Shown here one piece after another: positions 1 through 7,656 of a DNA stretch of 64,000 bases. Numbering within the stretch: the stretch's first letter is position 1; each line of letters opens with the position of its first letter. The notes beneath the pieces were generated by a model that saw only the letters and a program-made list of their open reading frames with translations, did no database searches and was not told where the DNA came from. The DNA lies in IMG/VR virus record IMGVR_UViG_3300031555_004349, positions 1 through 64,000 of that record, one strand, 5' to 3'. The stretch is from a virus. Lineage: Duplodnaviria > Caudoviricetes. Both the position numbers and the translations under genes were made by a program.

Positions 1-79
1 AAAGTCCTTCTTTGATAAGCATTTCAAAAGCTCTCTCTCTTAACATTTCATTCTTTTTAGCAATTGTTAATTTTTCCAT
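1..79 (-). CDS. Hypothetical early protein, partial (runs off left edge)
   Basis: ATG at 79 preceded by AAGGAG RBS; open frame MEKLTIAKKNEMLRERAFEMLIKEGL to the window edge; consensus promoter just upstream. Confidence 0.7.
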   Translation of the reverse strand, partial: MEKLTIAKKNEMLRERAFEMLIKEGL

Positions 80-136
80 ATTTTTTTCTCCTTCTATGTT
101 TTTAAGAGTTTATCATCTCTCTTATTTATTATAATT

Positions 137-165
137 ATTATACTATATATTATAACCTTTGTCAA
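137..165 (-). promoter_or_regulatory. Consensus sigma70/sigmaA promoter (early type)
   Basis: Minus strand TTGACA (165-160), 17-nt spacer, TATAAT (142-137). Confidence 0.85.
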
Positions 166-171
166 TAGTTT

Positions 172-357
172 TTATACATTTTTTTCATATTTTTTGATTA
201 TTTTTTGTATCTTTAAAATCATAAATCTTAAATCAACATACTCTTTTGTGTTTTGTGTTTCTTTCATTTCTGCATTTAATAAAGGCTCTAATTTTTTTAA
301 GTATTTTTCTAACTGTCTATATTCTGCCACAGTTAAGTTATCAATATACTTATTCAT
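172..357 (-). CDS. Hypothetical protein, 61 aa
   Basis: ORF with GGGAG RBS, directly downstream of a consensus promoter. Confidence 0.7.
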   Translation of the reverse strand: MNKYIDNLTVAEYRQLEKYLKKLEPLLNAEMKETQNTKEYVDLRFMILKIQKIIKKYEKNV

Positions 358-390
358 TTTATCAACTCCCTTTCTCTTTTTACTATAATA

Positions 391-419
391 ATTATACTAT
401 AATTATTTCCAAATGTCAA
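391..419 (-). promoter_or_regulatory. Consensus sigma70/sigmaA promoter (early type)
   Basis: TTGACA (419-414), 17 nt, TATAAT (396-391) on the minus strand. Confidence 0.85.
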
Positions 420-457
420 TAAAATTATTCAAAATAATTCAATTTATTTGCAAATGA

Positions 458-495
458 TTATGTAAACTCGCGCACGCTTGAATTAGTTTACATAA
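458..495. repeat. 11-bp inverted repeat TTATGTAAACT...AGTTTACATAA
   Basis: Arms 458-468 and 485-495; the same 11-mer recurs at 1362 and 1391. Confidence 0.7.
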
Positions 496-509
496 ATAAA
501 AGAACTTGA

Positions 510-692
510 TTATTTATCAAGTTCTTTTTTTAACATTTTTATTGCTATGTATCCAATTATTCCTATACCTAACAAATATCTTCCATTGTCTGCCATTAAC
601 CAATTAGCAACTGCTCCTAATAAATTTATAACTCCTAATATAACTCCTACTAATACAACTCCTACTAATACATTAACTAATAATTTTTTCAT
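510..692 (-). CDS. Small membrane protein (two hydrophobic segments)
   Basis: 60 aa with two hydrophobic stretches; purine-rich AAGGAAG upstream. Confidence 0.7.
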   Translation of the reverse strand: MKKLLVNVLVGVVLVGVILGVINLLGAVANWLMADNGRYLLGIGIIGYIAIKMLKKELDK

Positions 693-732
693 AATTTTTT
701 CTTCCTTTCCTTTTTTATTTTTTATCTAGGTG

Positions 733-1212
733 CTAAGCTACATTTAGCTTAGCAACCTTTTCTATTGTTCTCAATTGTGTCAAGCTAGCATTTTCATATT
801 TTACTTGTATCTTTTTTCTCTTTAAGTTTACATCTCCTGCTTTATCAAACCTTGTGCTATCTAGTTCATATGCTAAACCTCTTGCTTTTGCTGATAAGTA
901 TTCACATACTTGACCTTTGTTAAGTTCTAGTTCTTCTGCTTTTTCTTCTAGCTTTTGCTCGCTCATCACTATTTTGGCTTTTCCAGATAGTAACCACTCT
1001 TGTTTTTTTGCACTGCTTATTGATAATCTCAATTTTTCGTGCCCACCTTTTTTTGAACTTTCACGACCTAGTTTTACAATGTCCAAGCCTAGCTCTTTTA
1101 GTTCTATTTTGTAAATTGTATGCTTAAAATTAAAATATATTTCATAACAGTTGCAACCGTTTAGTTCTTCGTATTTTTCTAAATAAAATTTAATTTTTTC
1201 TTGTTCACTCAT
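733..1212 (-). CDS. Hypothetical protein, possible PD-(D/E)XK nuclease fold
   Basis: NKGQVCE...AGDVNLKRKKIQVK pattern; RBS and consensus promoter upstream. Confidence 0.55.
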   Translation of the reverse strand: MSEQEKIKFYLEKYEELNGCNCYEIYFNFKHTIYKIELKELGLDIVKLGRESSKKGGHEKLRLSISSAKKQEWLLSGKAKIVMSEQKLEEKAEELELNKGQVCEYLSAKARGLAYELDSTRFDKAGDVNLKRKKIQVKYENASLTQLRTIEKVAKLNVA

Positions 1213-1240
1213 TTTGTATCCCTTTCCTTTCTACACTCTA

Positions 1241-1269
1241 ATTATACTATATATTTTTTCCGTTGTCAA
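1241..1269 (-). promoter_or_regulatory. Consensus sigma70/sigmaA promoter (early type)
   Basis: TTGACA (1269-1264), 17 nt, TATAAT (1246-1241) on the minus strand. Confidence 0.85.
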
Positions 1270-1352
1270 CACTTTTTATACATTTTTTAAAAAATTTTTA
1301 ATTGTTAAAAAGACAAACTAAACGCAAGTTTTACCAAAAGACAAAATCGAAT

Positions 1353-1401
1353 TGTAACTCATTATGTAAACTAAATAAAAGTGTAACTGATTATGTAAAC
1401 T
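1353..1401 (+). repeat. 20-bp direct repeat TGTAACT(C/G)ATTATGTAAACT x2
   Basis: Copies at 1353-1372 and 1382-1401, one mismatch. Confidence 0.8.
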
Positions 1402-1412
1402 TCTTTGAAGTA

Positions 1413-1426
1413 CGAACATTTGTTCG
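1413..1426. promoter_or_regulatory. LexA (SOS/Cheo) box 1
   Basis: CGAACATTTGTTCG matches Firmicutes CGAAC-N4-GTTCG. Confidence 0.75.
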
Positions 1427-1489
1427 ATCGAAGGTCGATTTGATGAGTGTCTTTGTCTTTGTGGCAAGCTTCGTCCCGAGGGTCGCACC

Positions 1490-1503
1490 CGAACATCTGT
1501 TCT
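1490..1503. promoter_or_regulatory. LexA (SOS/Cheo) box 2
   Basis: CGAACATCTGTTCT, GAAC-N4-GTTC core intact. Confidence 0.7.
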
Positions 1504-1553
1504 CCGAACGCTTGTATGGGGCATAGTTTTGGGAAAGTTGTCAAAATGAAAAA

Positions 1554-1567
1554 CGAACGGGTGTTCG
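1554..1567. promoter_or_regulatory. LexA (SOS/Cheo) box 3
   Basis: CGAACGGGTGTTCG matches CGAAC-N4-GTTCG. Confidence 0.75.
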
Positions 1568-1572
1568 CCTGG

Positions 1573-1623
1573 AAACTACACCTATTTAATAATATTTTTT
1601 CAAAAACTACACCTATTTAATAA
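1573..1623 (+). repeat. Perfect 20-bp direct repeat AAACTACACCTATTTAATAA x2
   Basis: Copies at 1573-1592 and 1604-1623 (31-bp period), upstream of the rightward promoter. Confidence 0.85.
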
Positions 1624-1648
1624 ACTTTCCCAAACCAAACTCCCCTAC

Positions 1649-1677
1649 TTGACTTTTTGGCCTTTTCGGAGTATACT
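1649..1677 (+). promoter_or_regulatory. Rightward sigmaA-type promoter for the packaging/morphogenesis region
   Basis: TTGACT (1649-1654), 17 nt, TATACT (1672-1677). Confidence 0.7.
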
Positions 1678-1751
1678 AGTCTTAAGACAGGCTAAAGTTA
1701 GCTACTCATACTAACATCGCCAACTTTAGAATTTTTAAGGAGATAACTAAA

Positions 1752-1802
1752 ATGAATATAGATGAAAACTTGAATGGAGGGGCCTATGAATTTAGGAATT
1801 AG
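1752..1802 (+). CDS. 16-aa upstream ORF overlapping the next gene start
   Basis: AAGGAG RBS then ATG; MNIDENLNGGAYEFRN*. Confidence 0.35.
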   Translation: MNIDENLNGGAYEFRN

Positions 1803-3057
1803 AAAAGCATTAGACTATAACCTATACTCAAATGCTGACCGCGCAAACTTTGTCATTGACTTATTTACACCTGAGTTGGAGCAACAGGCCAAACTTCACT
1901 ACGAAGAAGACTCAACTAAACTCGAACTTGAAGCAGCCGCAAACTTTATTTTGTATGGCAAAGACCCAAAAACCGACAAAAACTTTGTCCAAAAAAAGGA
2001 AGTTCAAATTGATACGAAACATACATGTTGGAAACGTAAGGAACCTGAATCACTTGACGCTTTAATGGAAGACCCTCTTGTTGACCAAACTCAATTTATG
2101 GAAGTAAAGAAGAATTGTTATAAAAAGCCTAAACCAACAATTGATAGAGAGAAGGATAAGGATATACCTGGTATGCAGGACTTATGGAGTGCAATTGACA
2201 TTTTAGCTGCTCGTGTTAAGGAGCTTAAGGACCAACAGCTTTTGAACTTGGAATATTACAAAAAGAATCATTTACTAATTCAACTTAGAAAAGAACAATT
2301 TGTGTTAAAAGATTCAGCTAAGGAAGAAGTTCATGGACATATGTTTATGGGAGGAGCAAAACCTGGACTTTGCTATACATCTGATACGGGATATGTGAAG
2401 GATAATTATACTGATTTTAAATATAAGGTTTGGAAAGCAGACCACTATCGTTCCCAATTTGGTGAGGACTGGTACGCGCGAGAACAAGAAGAAATTGCAA
2501 ATCGTATTAGAGATGGGAAAATTGATGATTGGGAATGGGTTGAAGTTAGTGAGAATTTGATTGATTTTACCAACCCTAAACATGTGTATGAAGTTTTGGA
2601 AATGTATGGAACTTTGAAGGAGAATTCTTGGGACCAACTTAACTCAGACTTAAAATTCCTAATTTGGGAATTGGAAGATTATATTGAGAAGGCAAATTTG
2701 AATCCTGCGCGAAAACATATACTTGTTAGAAAAATTGACAAAGCGACAAACGAAAGAATTAGTCAAGAATTACAAGAAATGTTTGGACTAGCTTATAGTG
2801 ATAATTATATTAGTACAATTTATAAACAAATGATTTGTGAGAAAATAGCTAAAGCTGCACAACTTTCACTTGATGAGTTTAATTTTAGAGATAAACCTGA
2901 AATGTTCAAAGTGTGTTCAACTTGCGGGTGTAGAATGTTAAGAGATAGTAGAAATTTTGTAAAAAAACAAAATTCAAAGGATGGACTAAGCGCAAGATGT
3001 AAAAGTTGTGATAAGGAAATTAGAGACAAGAAAAAAGAAGAAGAGAAAAATAAATAG
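1786..3057 (+). CDS. Phage protein with C-terminal HTH-like segment and CxxC...CxxC zinc finger; possible transcription regulator
   Basis: GGAGG RBS before ATG 1786 (ORF track starts at 1774); RKHILVRKIDKATNERISQELQEMFG...YISTIY segment; CSTC...CKSC. Confidence 0.55.
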   Translation: MNLGIRKALDYNLYSNADRANFVIDLFTPELEQQAKLHYEEDSTKLELEAAANFILYGKDPKTDKNFVQKKEVQIDTKHTCWKRKEPESLDALMEDPLVDQTQFMEVKKNCYKKPKPTIDREKDKDIPGMQDLWSAIDILAARVKELKDQQLLNLEYYKKNHLLIQLRKEQFVLKDSAKEEVHGHMFMGGAKPGLCYTSDTGYVKDNYTDFKYKVWKADHYRSQFGEDWYAREQEEIANRIRDGKIDDWEWVEVSENLIDFTNPKHVYEVLEMYGTLKENSWDQLNSDLKFLIWELEDYIEKANLNPARKHILVRKIDKATNERISQELQEMFGLAYSDNYISTIYKQMICEKIAKAAQLSLDEFNFRDKPEMFKVCSTCGCRMLRDSRNFVKKQNSKDGLSARCKSCDKEIRDKKKEEEKNK

Positions 3058-3069
3058 GAGGAATACATT

Positions 3070-3315
3070 ATGCATGAGTTTGAATATGTAATACAACACA
3101 AAATGGATTATGAAGTGTTGCAAACAATGTTTGATATGTTTGATATGGATTGTTATTTGGATAAAGCTTTTTATTGTAGTGAAGTAACTTATCCAGTGTA
3201 TATACCAGAAATTACTTGGAAATATAAACTCAAATTTGTATTCGTTGAAGAATTAACGAAAGAAGAAATAGAAGAATTTATAGATTTTTTATCAAAAATA
3301 GATACGGAGGAATAG
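3070..3315 (+). CDS. Hypothetical acidic protein
   Basis: AGGAGG RBS, 81-aa ORF within the operon. Confidence 0.7.
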   Translation: MHEFEYVIQHKMDYEVLQTMFDMFDMDCYLDKAFYCSEVTYPVYIPEITWKYKLKFVFVEELTKEEIEEFIDFLSKIDTEE

Positions 3316-3316
3316 A

Positions 3317-4327
3317 ATGAGTGATTTTGACGATTTATTGGGCACTTCTAGAAGAGTTGACCCAATTGTTAGAACTACACCAAAAGTAGTGGGTAAGAAT
3401 TGTAGGAAATGCGGCGAGTATTTTCAACAAGATATGTTTATACCTAGTCAGTCATTCTTCTTTCCAGATGGTTATATAGATATTTGTAACAATTGTTTAG
3501 ATAAGTATTTAGATGATTGCACTGATATTGAAAAAGCTGATAGATTTTGTCAGTATGCCGATTTACCTTTTAATATAAATGATTGGATGACACTTGTTCA
3601 TAATAACGGAAGAGGTATGTTTAAATTATATGCCCTTCAAAACTGGTCTAAAGAATATGATAAGATTAATTGGAAACCAGTTCATGATGAGTGGAAAAAG
3701 ATTTTAGCAGAAGGTCAGGAAAGAGAAAAGATTGGCGCGTTTAGCATAGAGGATATGAAACAATTGAGAGAATTTTGGGGATATGAATATACAGAAGACC
3801 AACTTAAGAGATTTCAAGCTCTTTACGAAGATATTGAAAAAACTCAATCTATTACAACTGCAATTCAAAAAGATAACGCGCGTAAAATGTGTATGTTATC
3901 TTATCAAGTTGAAAAAGCAATTTGGGATGGAGAAAGTAAAGGGTCTGATGTAAAAGCTCTTGTTAGCTCTTATAATGATTTAGCAAAAGCAGCAGATTTC
4001 TCTCCAAAAACAGCAAGAAATGCTGGAGACTTTGAATCAATTGGGGAATTATGCGCTTATTTGGAGAAAAAAGGTTTCTTAAATCATTTTTACGATTGGA
4101 AACCAAAAGACCAAGTTGATTTGGTTATGAAGAATTTGCAAAATTACACTAGAAGAATAGTGGTTGGAGAAACCAATATTGCAGAAGAGCTTAATGAGAA
4201 ATTAGACCAAATTCAACATATGAATAGATTAGAAGATTATCAAGAAGAAGACGATAGATATGAAAAAATAGTAGTTGATGATACGCTTGCGGATGAATTC
4301 AATGAAGAATTTGAGGTGGATGACTAA
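3317..4327 (+). CDS. Zinc-binding protein, candidate terminase small subunit
   Basis: CRKC...CNNC N-terminal motif; stop codon overlaps the TerL start. Confidence 0.5.
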   Translation: MSDFDDLLGTSRRVDPIVRTTPKVVGKNCRKCGEYFQQDMFIPSQSFFFPDGYIDICNNCLDKYLDDCTDIEKADRFCQYADLPFNINDWMTLVHNNGRGMFKLYALQNWSKEYDKINWKPVHDEWKKILAEGQEREKIGAFSIEDMKQLREFWGYEYTEDQLKRFQALYEDIEKTQSITTAIQKDNARKMCMLSYQVEKAIWDGESKGSDVKALVSSYNDLAKAADFSPKTARNAGDFESIGELCAYLEKKGFLNHFYDWKPKDQVDLVMKNLQNYTRRIVVGETNIAEELNEKLDQIQHMNRLEDYQEEDDRYEKIVVDDTLADEFNEEFEVDD

Positions 4328-6093
4328 TGGCAGAATTAGTTAAAGAGCCTGAAAATATGAGAGACGGTATTCTAATTGAAAAAGGTGTTGTTTTAACAGA
4401 AGACCGTATTATGAATAATTTTGATTTGTATGCAGAACAATTTTCATTTTTTACGGTTTATCCAGACTTATTCATAGATTTAATTACACCCAAAGACTCA
4501 AATTGGTGCTTATTTCCTTACCAAAGGATATTTTTAAGAGCCAGTATGAGATATCGTTATCACTATTGTACTGCGCCCAGAGCGTTTGCGAAGTCATTTT
4601 TATCAATTTTAGCTTTATATTTGAGATGTATATTTTTACCTCGTTCAAAAGTGTTCATTTGTGCACCTGGAAAGGAACAAGGTACAAAAATTGCGTTAGA
4701 AAAAATAACTGAAATCTGGGATAACTTTCCTTTATTGCGCGAAGAGGTATTATCACATAACTTTACAGCAGATTTAGTTCGTATAACTTTTAAAAATGGT
4801 TCTGTATTTGATATTGTTGCTGCTCAAAATGCAACCCGTGGTGGTCGTAGACATGCGGGAATTATAGATGAGGTTCGTGACCATGATGGAGACGACCTTA
4901 ACGCTATTGTATTACCATTAATGAACGTTAATAGAAGAACAATTAATGGTTTGTTAAATGAAAGAGAACCACATCAAGCTCAAATTTATATTACATCTGC
5001 TGGTGCTAAAAACTCATATGCATATGAGAGATTAAAGGAACTAATGTTACAATCCATAATTGCGCCAGACCAAGCTTTCGTATGGGGCTGTGATTATAGG
5101 ATTCCAGTAATGGCTGGACTTATTCCTAAGAACTATGTACAAGAATTAAAAATGAGTGGAACTTTCAAAGAAGACGACTTTGCAAGAGAATATATGTCAA
5201 TTTGGACTGGCGGCTCTGCCGACAGTTGGGTAACCACTGATATATTAGATAAACATAGAGTAGTAGTTAATACTGAAATGAAAATGAATACCAATGTTCA
5301 AAAAGTTGGATACAATCCTGAACAATTCTACATTCTAAGTGTGGACGTAGGTAGATTAGGTTGTGACACAGTATGTTGTGTATTCAAAGTTTTACCAAAC
5401 TTAAATGGGTTTATTAAGAAACTTGTAAATATTGAAGTTTTTCCAAGTAAATTACATTTTGAACACCAAGCTGCAAGAATTAAAGAAATGGTTGAAGCTT
5501 ATAAGCCAAAAGAAGTTGTAATAGACGGTAATGGTTTAGGTGTTGGTTTAATGGATTATATGATACAATATAATCAACATGATATAACAAGACAAGTTTA
5601 TCCACCACTTGGTTCAATAAATGATGAAGATTATTTAGCTAAACAACCAAGAGATTGTGAAAAACTTATTTATGTAATAAAAGCCAATTCTACACTACAA
5701 GGAGAAATAAATAGTGTAACATATTCAGAATTAATTAGTGGTAAAGTACATTTTTTAATTTCTGAACAACGCGCGAAAACAAAACTTTTATCAACTGTTA
5801 AAGGTGCAAAAATGCCGGTTGAGCAAAGAATTAGAAAGTTAAAACCTTATACTTTAGAAAGTATTTTAATTGATGAAATTTTAAATATGAGAATTAAAGA
5901 TGGAAGTATTAATCAAAAAAACTTAGTTTTGGAAAGAATTAATACAGGTATGAATAAGGATAAGTTTAGTGCGTTTCAATATGGATTATATAGAATTAAA
6001 TCATATGAAAGTGATTACATTAAAAAGAAAACAAGAGCTAAACGTAATTTAGCAGATTTTATGAAATTTGCAAGTAGAGGAGGTGGAAGATAA
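4327..6093 (+). CDS. terL: Terminase large subunit
   Basis: Walker A APRAFAKS, Walker B IIDEVRD, nuclease motifs LSVDVGR, VIDGNGLG, KDKFSA. Confidence 0.93.
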   Translation: MAELVKEPENMRDGILIEKGVVLTEDRIMNNFDLYAEQFSFFTVYPDLFIDLITPKDSNWCLFPYQRIFLRASMRYRYHYCTAPRAFAKSFLSILALYLRCIFLPRSKVFICAPGKEQGTKIALEKITEIWDNFPLLREEVLSHNFTADLVRITFKNGSVFDIVAAQNATRGGRRHAGIIDEVRDHDGDDLNAIVLPLMNVNRRTINGLLNEREPHQAQIYITSAGAKNSYAYERLKELMLQSIIAPDQAFVWGCDYRIPVMAGLIPKNYVQELKMSGTFKEDDFAREYMSIWTGGSADSWVTTDILDKHRVVVNTEMKMNTNVQKVGYNPEQFYILSVDVGRLGCDTVCCVFKVLPNLNGFIKKLVNIEVFPSKLHFEHQAARIKEMVEAYKPKEVVIDGNGLGVGLMDYMIQYNQHDITRQVYPPLGSINDEDYLAKQPRDCEKLIYVIKANSTLQGEINSVTYSELISGKVHFLISEQRAKTKLLSTVKGAKMPVEQRIRKLKPYTLESILIDEILNMRIKDGSINQKNLVLERINTGMNKDKFSAFQYGLYRIKSYESDYIKKKTRAKRNLADFMKFASRGGGR

Positions 6094-6098
6094 GGAAT

Positions 6099-7640
6099 AT
6101 GTTAGAAGATGTTATGAATAATGGAAAACGTGAACCTCGTAATTTTGATACTTTTAAAAAGTCTTTAGAAGATATAGCTTCTGCAAATCTTAATGAGATT
6201 ACAAGACGTATTAATAAGACTAAAAAAGTTGATAGAAAAACAGCTGAAGAAATTGATGAGATATTATTGAAAGATAATGAAAGAGAATTAAGAGAATTAT
6301 CAAGAACTTATTGGGCTGCAAGTGGTTTATACAAAAGATTAATTCAATATATTGCTAATATGATGACTTATGATACTTTGGTTATACCAAAGATGAACAG
6401 CGCGAAAACACCAGATAAAGATAAAGTACTTAATGTACTAACGCAAGCTACATACTTTATTGACAATCTTGATGTTGAACAAGAATTACCAAGAATCTTC
6501 ACTACTTTATTAGTTGATGGTGTATATTACGGATTTTTTAAAGAATGTGATAATGGAAGATACATTTTTCAAGACTTAAGTCCTGAATATTGTAGAACAA
6601 GATATAAATCAGCTAATAATTTACCTGTTTTAGAATTTGACTTAACATATTTCATTCAAATTGATGGATTAAGAGCAACAACTAATGTTGATGAATTAGC
6701 GCTTTATCCTAAATATGTCGTTAAAGCATATGAAAAATATTTTAAGAAAGTTACTAAAACTGGAAAAGACGGAAGAAATTACTTAGCAAGTAAGAAAGAT
6801 TTAGAACAAGGAAGATGGTTAATTATACCAGATTCAATTGGTGTAGTATTTTATTATAAAGATACAAAACCTTTCTTTGCAACAGTAACAAAATCTATTG
6901 AAGATTTAAATGAATATAAAGGTATAGAAAAAGCACTTGATAAACAAGAATTAAAGAAAATTATGTTACAAAGAATTCCAATGGACTCTAAAGGAGAATT
7001 GTTATTTACTTTAGAAGAGGCTGAAGAAATGCACAAAGCTGCGGTTAAAATGTTAAGAAACAATCCAGACATAGATGTATTTACTTCTCTTGCGGAAACA
7101 GAAATTCTTGATTTACAAGATAGCAAACAAGCTAATCGTGATAATTTAGAGAAAATTGAACGTTCAGTTTATAATGAAGCTGGTGTAAGTAAAAACTTAT
7201 TTGCTTCTGATGGAACAACTGCATTAGATTATTCTCAAAAAGCAGACTTTGCATTAGCATTTGATATAGTAAAAATCTTTGCAAACTTCTTAACTTATCA
7301 CGTTAACAGAAAATTTATGGATAAAAAATTTTTTCTTGAAGTTACTATATTGCCAATAACACATTATAATCGAGAAGAAATGTTTGATTTATATTTGAAA
7401 GGCGCACAATATGGTTATAGCAAAATTATGGCCGGTGTTGCGGCAGGTATAAAACAAAGCAATTTAATAAACCTAAATATCTTAGAAAATGATTATTTAG
7501 ATTTAGTAAATAAAATGGTGCCTTTACAATCATCACACACTACTTCTGGTAAAGAAGCTACTGCGGACGAAGGTGGAGCACCAAAAAAGGACGGACTAGA
7601 TAAGTCTGATAAGACTCGTCAAAATGAAGAGTCAAAATAA
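6099..7640 (+). CDS. Portal protein
   Basis: 513 aa directly after TerL; helical composition and canonical position. Confidence 0.8.
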   Translation: MLEDVMNNGKREPRNFDTFKKSLEDIASANLNEITRRINKTKKVDRKTAEEIDEILLKDNERELRELSRTYWAASGLYKRLIQYIANMMTYDTLVIPKMNSAKTPDKDKVLNVLTQATYFIDNLDVEQELPRIFTTLLVDGVYYGFFKECDNGRYIFQDLSPEYCRTRYKSANNLPVLEFDLTYFIQIDGLRATTNVDELALYPKYVVKAYEKYFKKVTKTGKDGRNYLASKKDLEQGRWLIIPDSIGVVFYYKDTKPFFATVTKSIEDLNEYKGIEKALDKQELKKIMLQRIPMDSKGELLFTLEEAEEMHKAAVKMLRNNPDIDVFTSLAETEILDLQDSKQANRDNLEKIERSVYNEAGVSKNLFASDGTTALDYSQKADFALAFDIVKIFANFLTYHVNRKFMDKKFFLEVTILPITHYNREEMFDLYLKGAQYGYSKIMAGVAAGIKQSNLINLNILENDYLDLVNKMVPLQSSHTTSGKEATADEGGAPKKDGLDKSDKTRQNEESK

Positions 7641-7656
7641 AAAGGAGGAAAGTAAT

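Noticed and set aside
1438-1500. TGATGAG as a hammerhead ribozyme core
   Set aside because: Lacks the preceding C, and I found no properly placed GAAA or stems
1302-1526. ORF-track ORFs 1302-1526 (+) and 1318-1524 (-)
   Set aside because: No RBS, atypical composition, and they overlap the repeat and LexA-box region; most likely non-coding
1353-1623. Direct repeats as a mini-CRISPR array
   Set aside because: Only two copies of each, spacers 9-11 bp, and no cas genes
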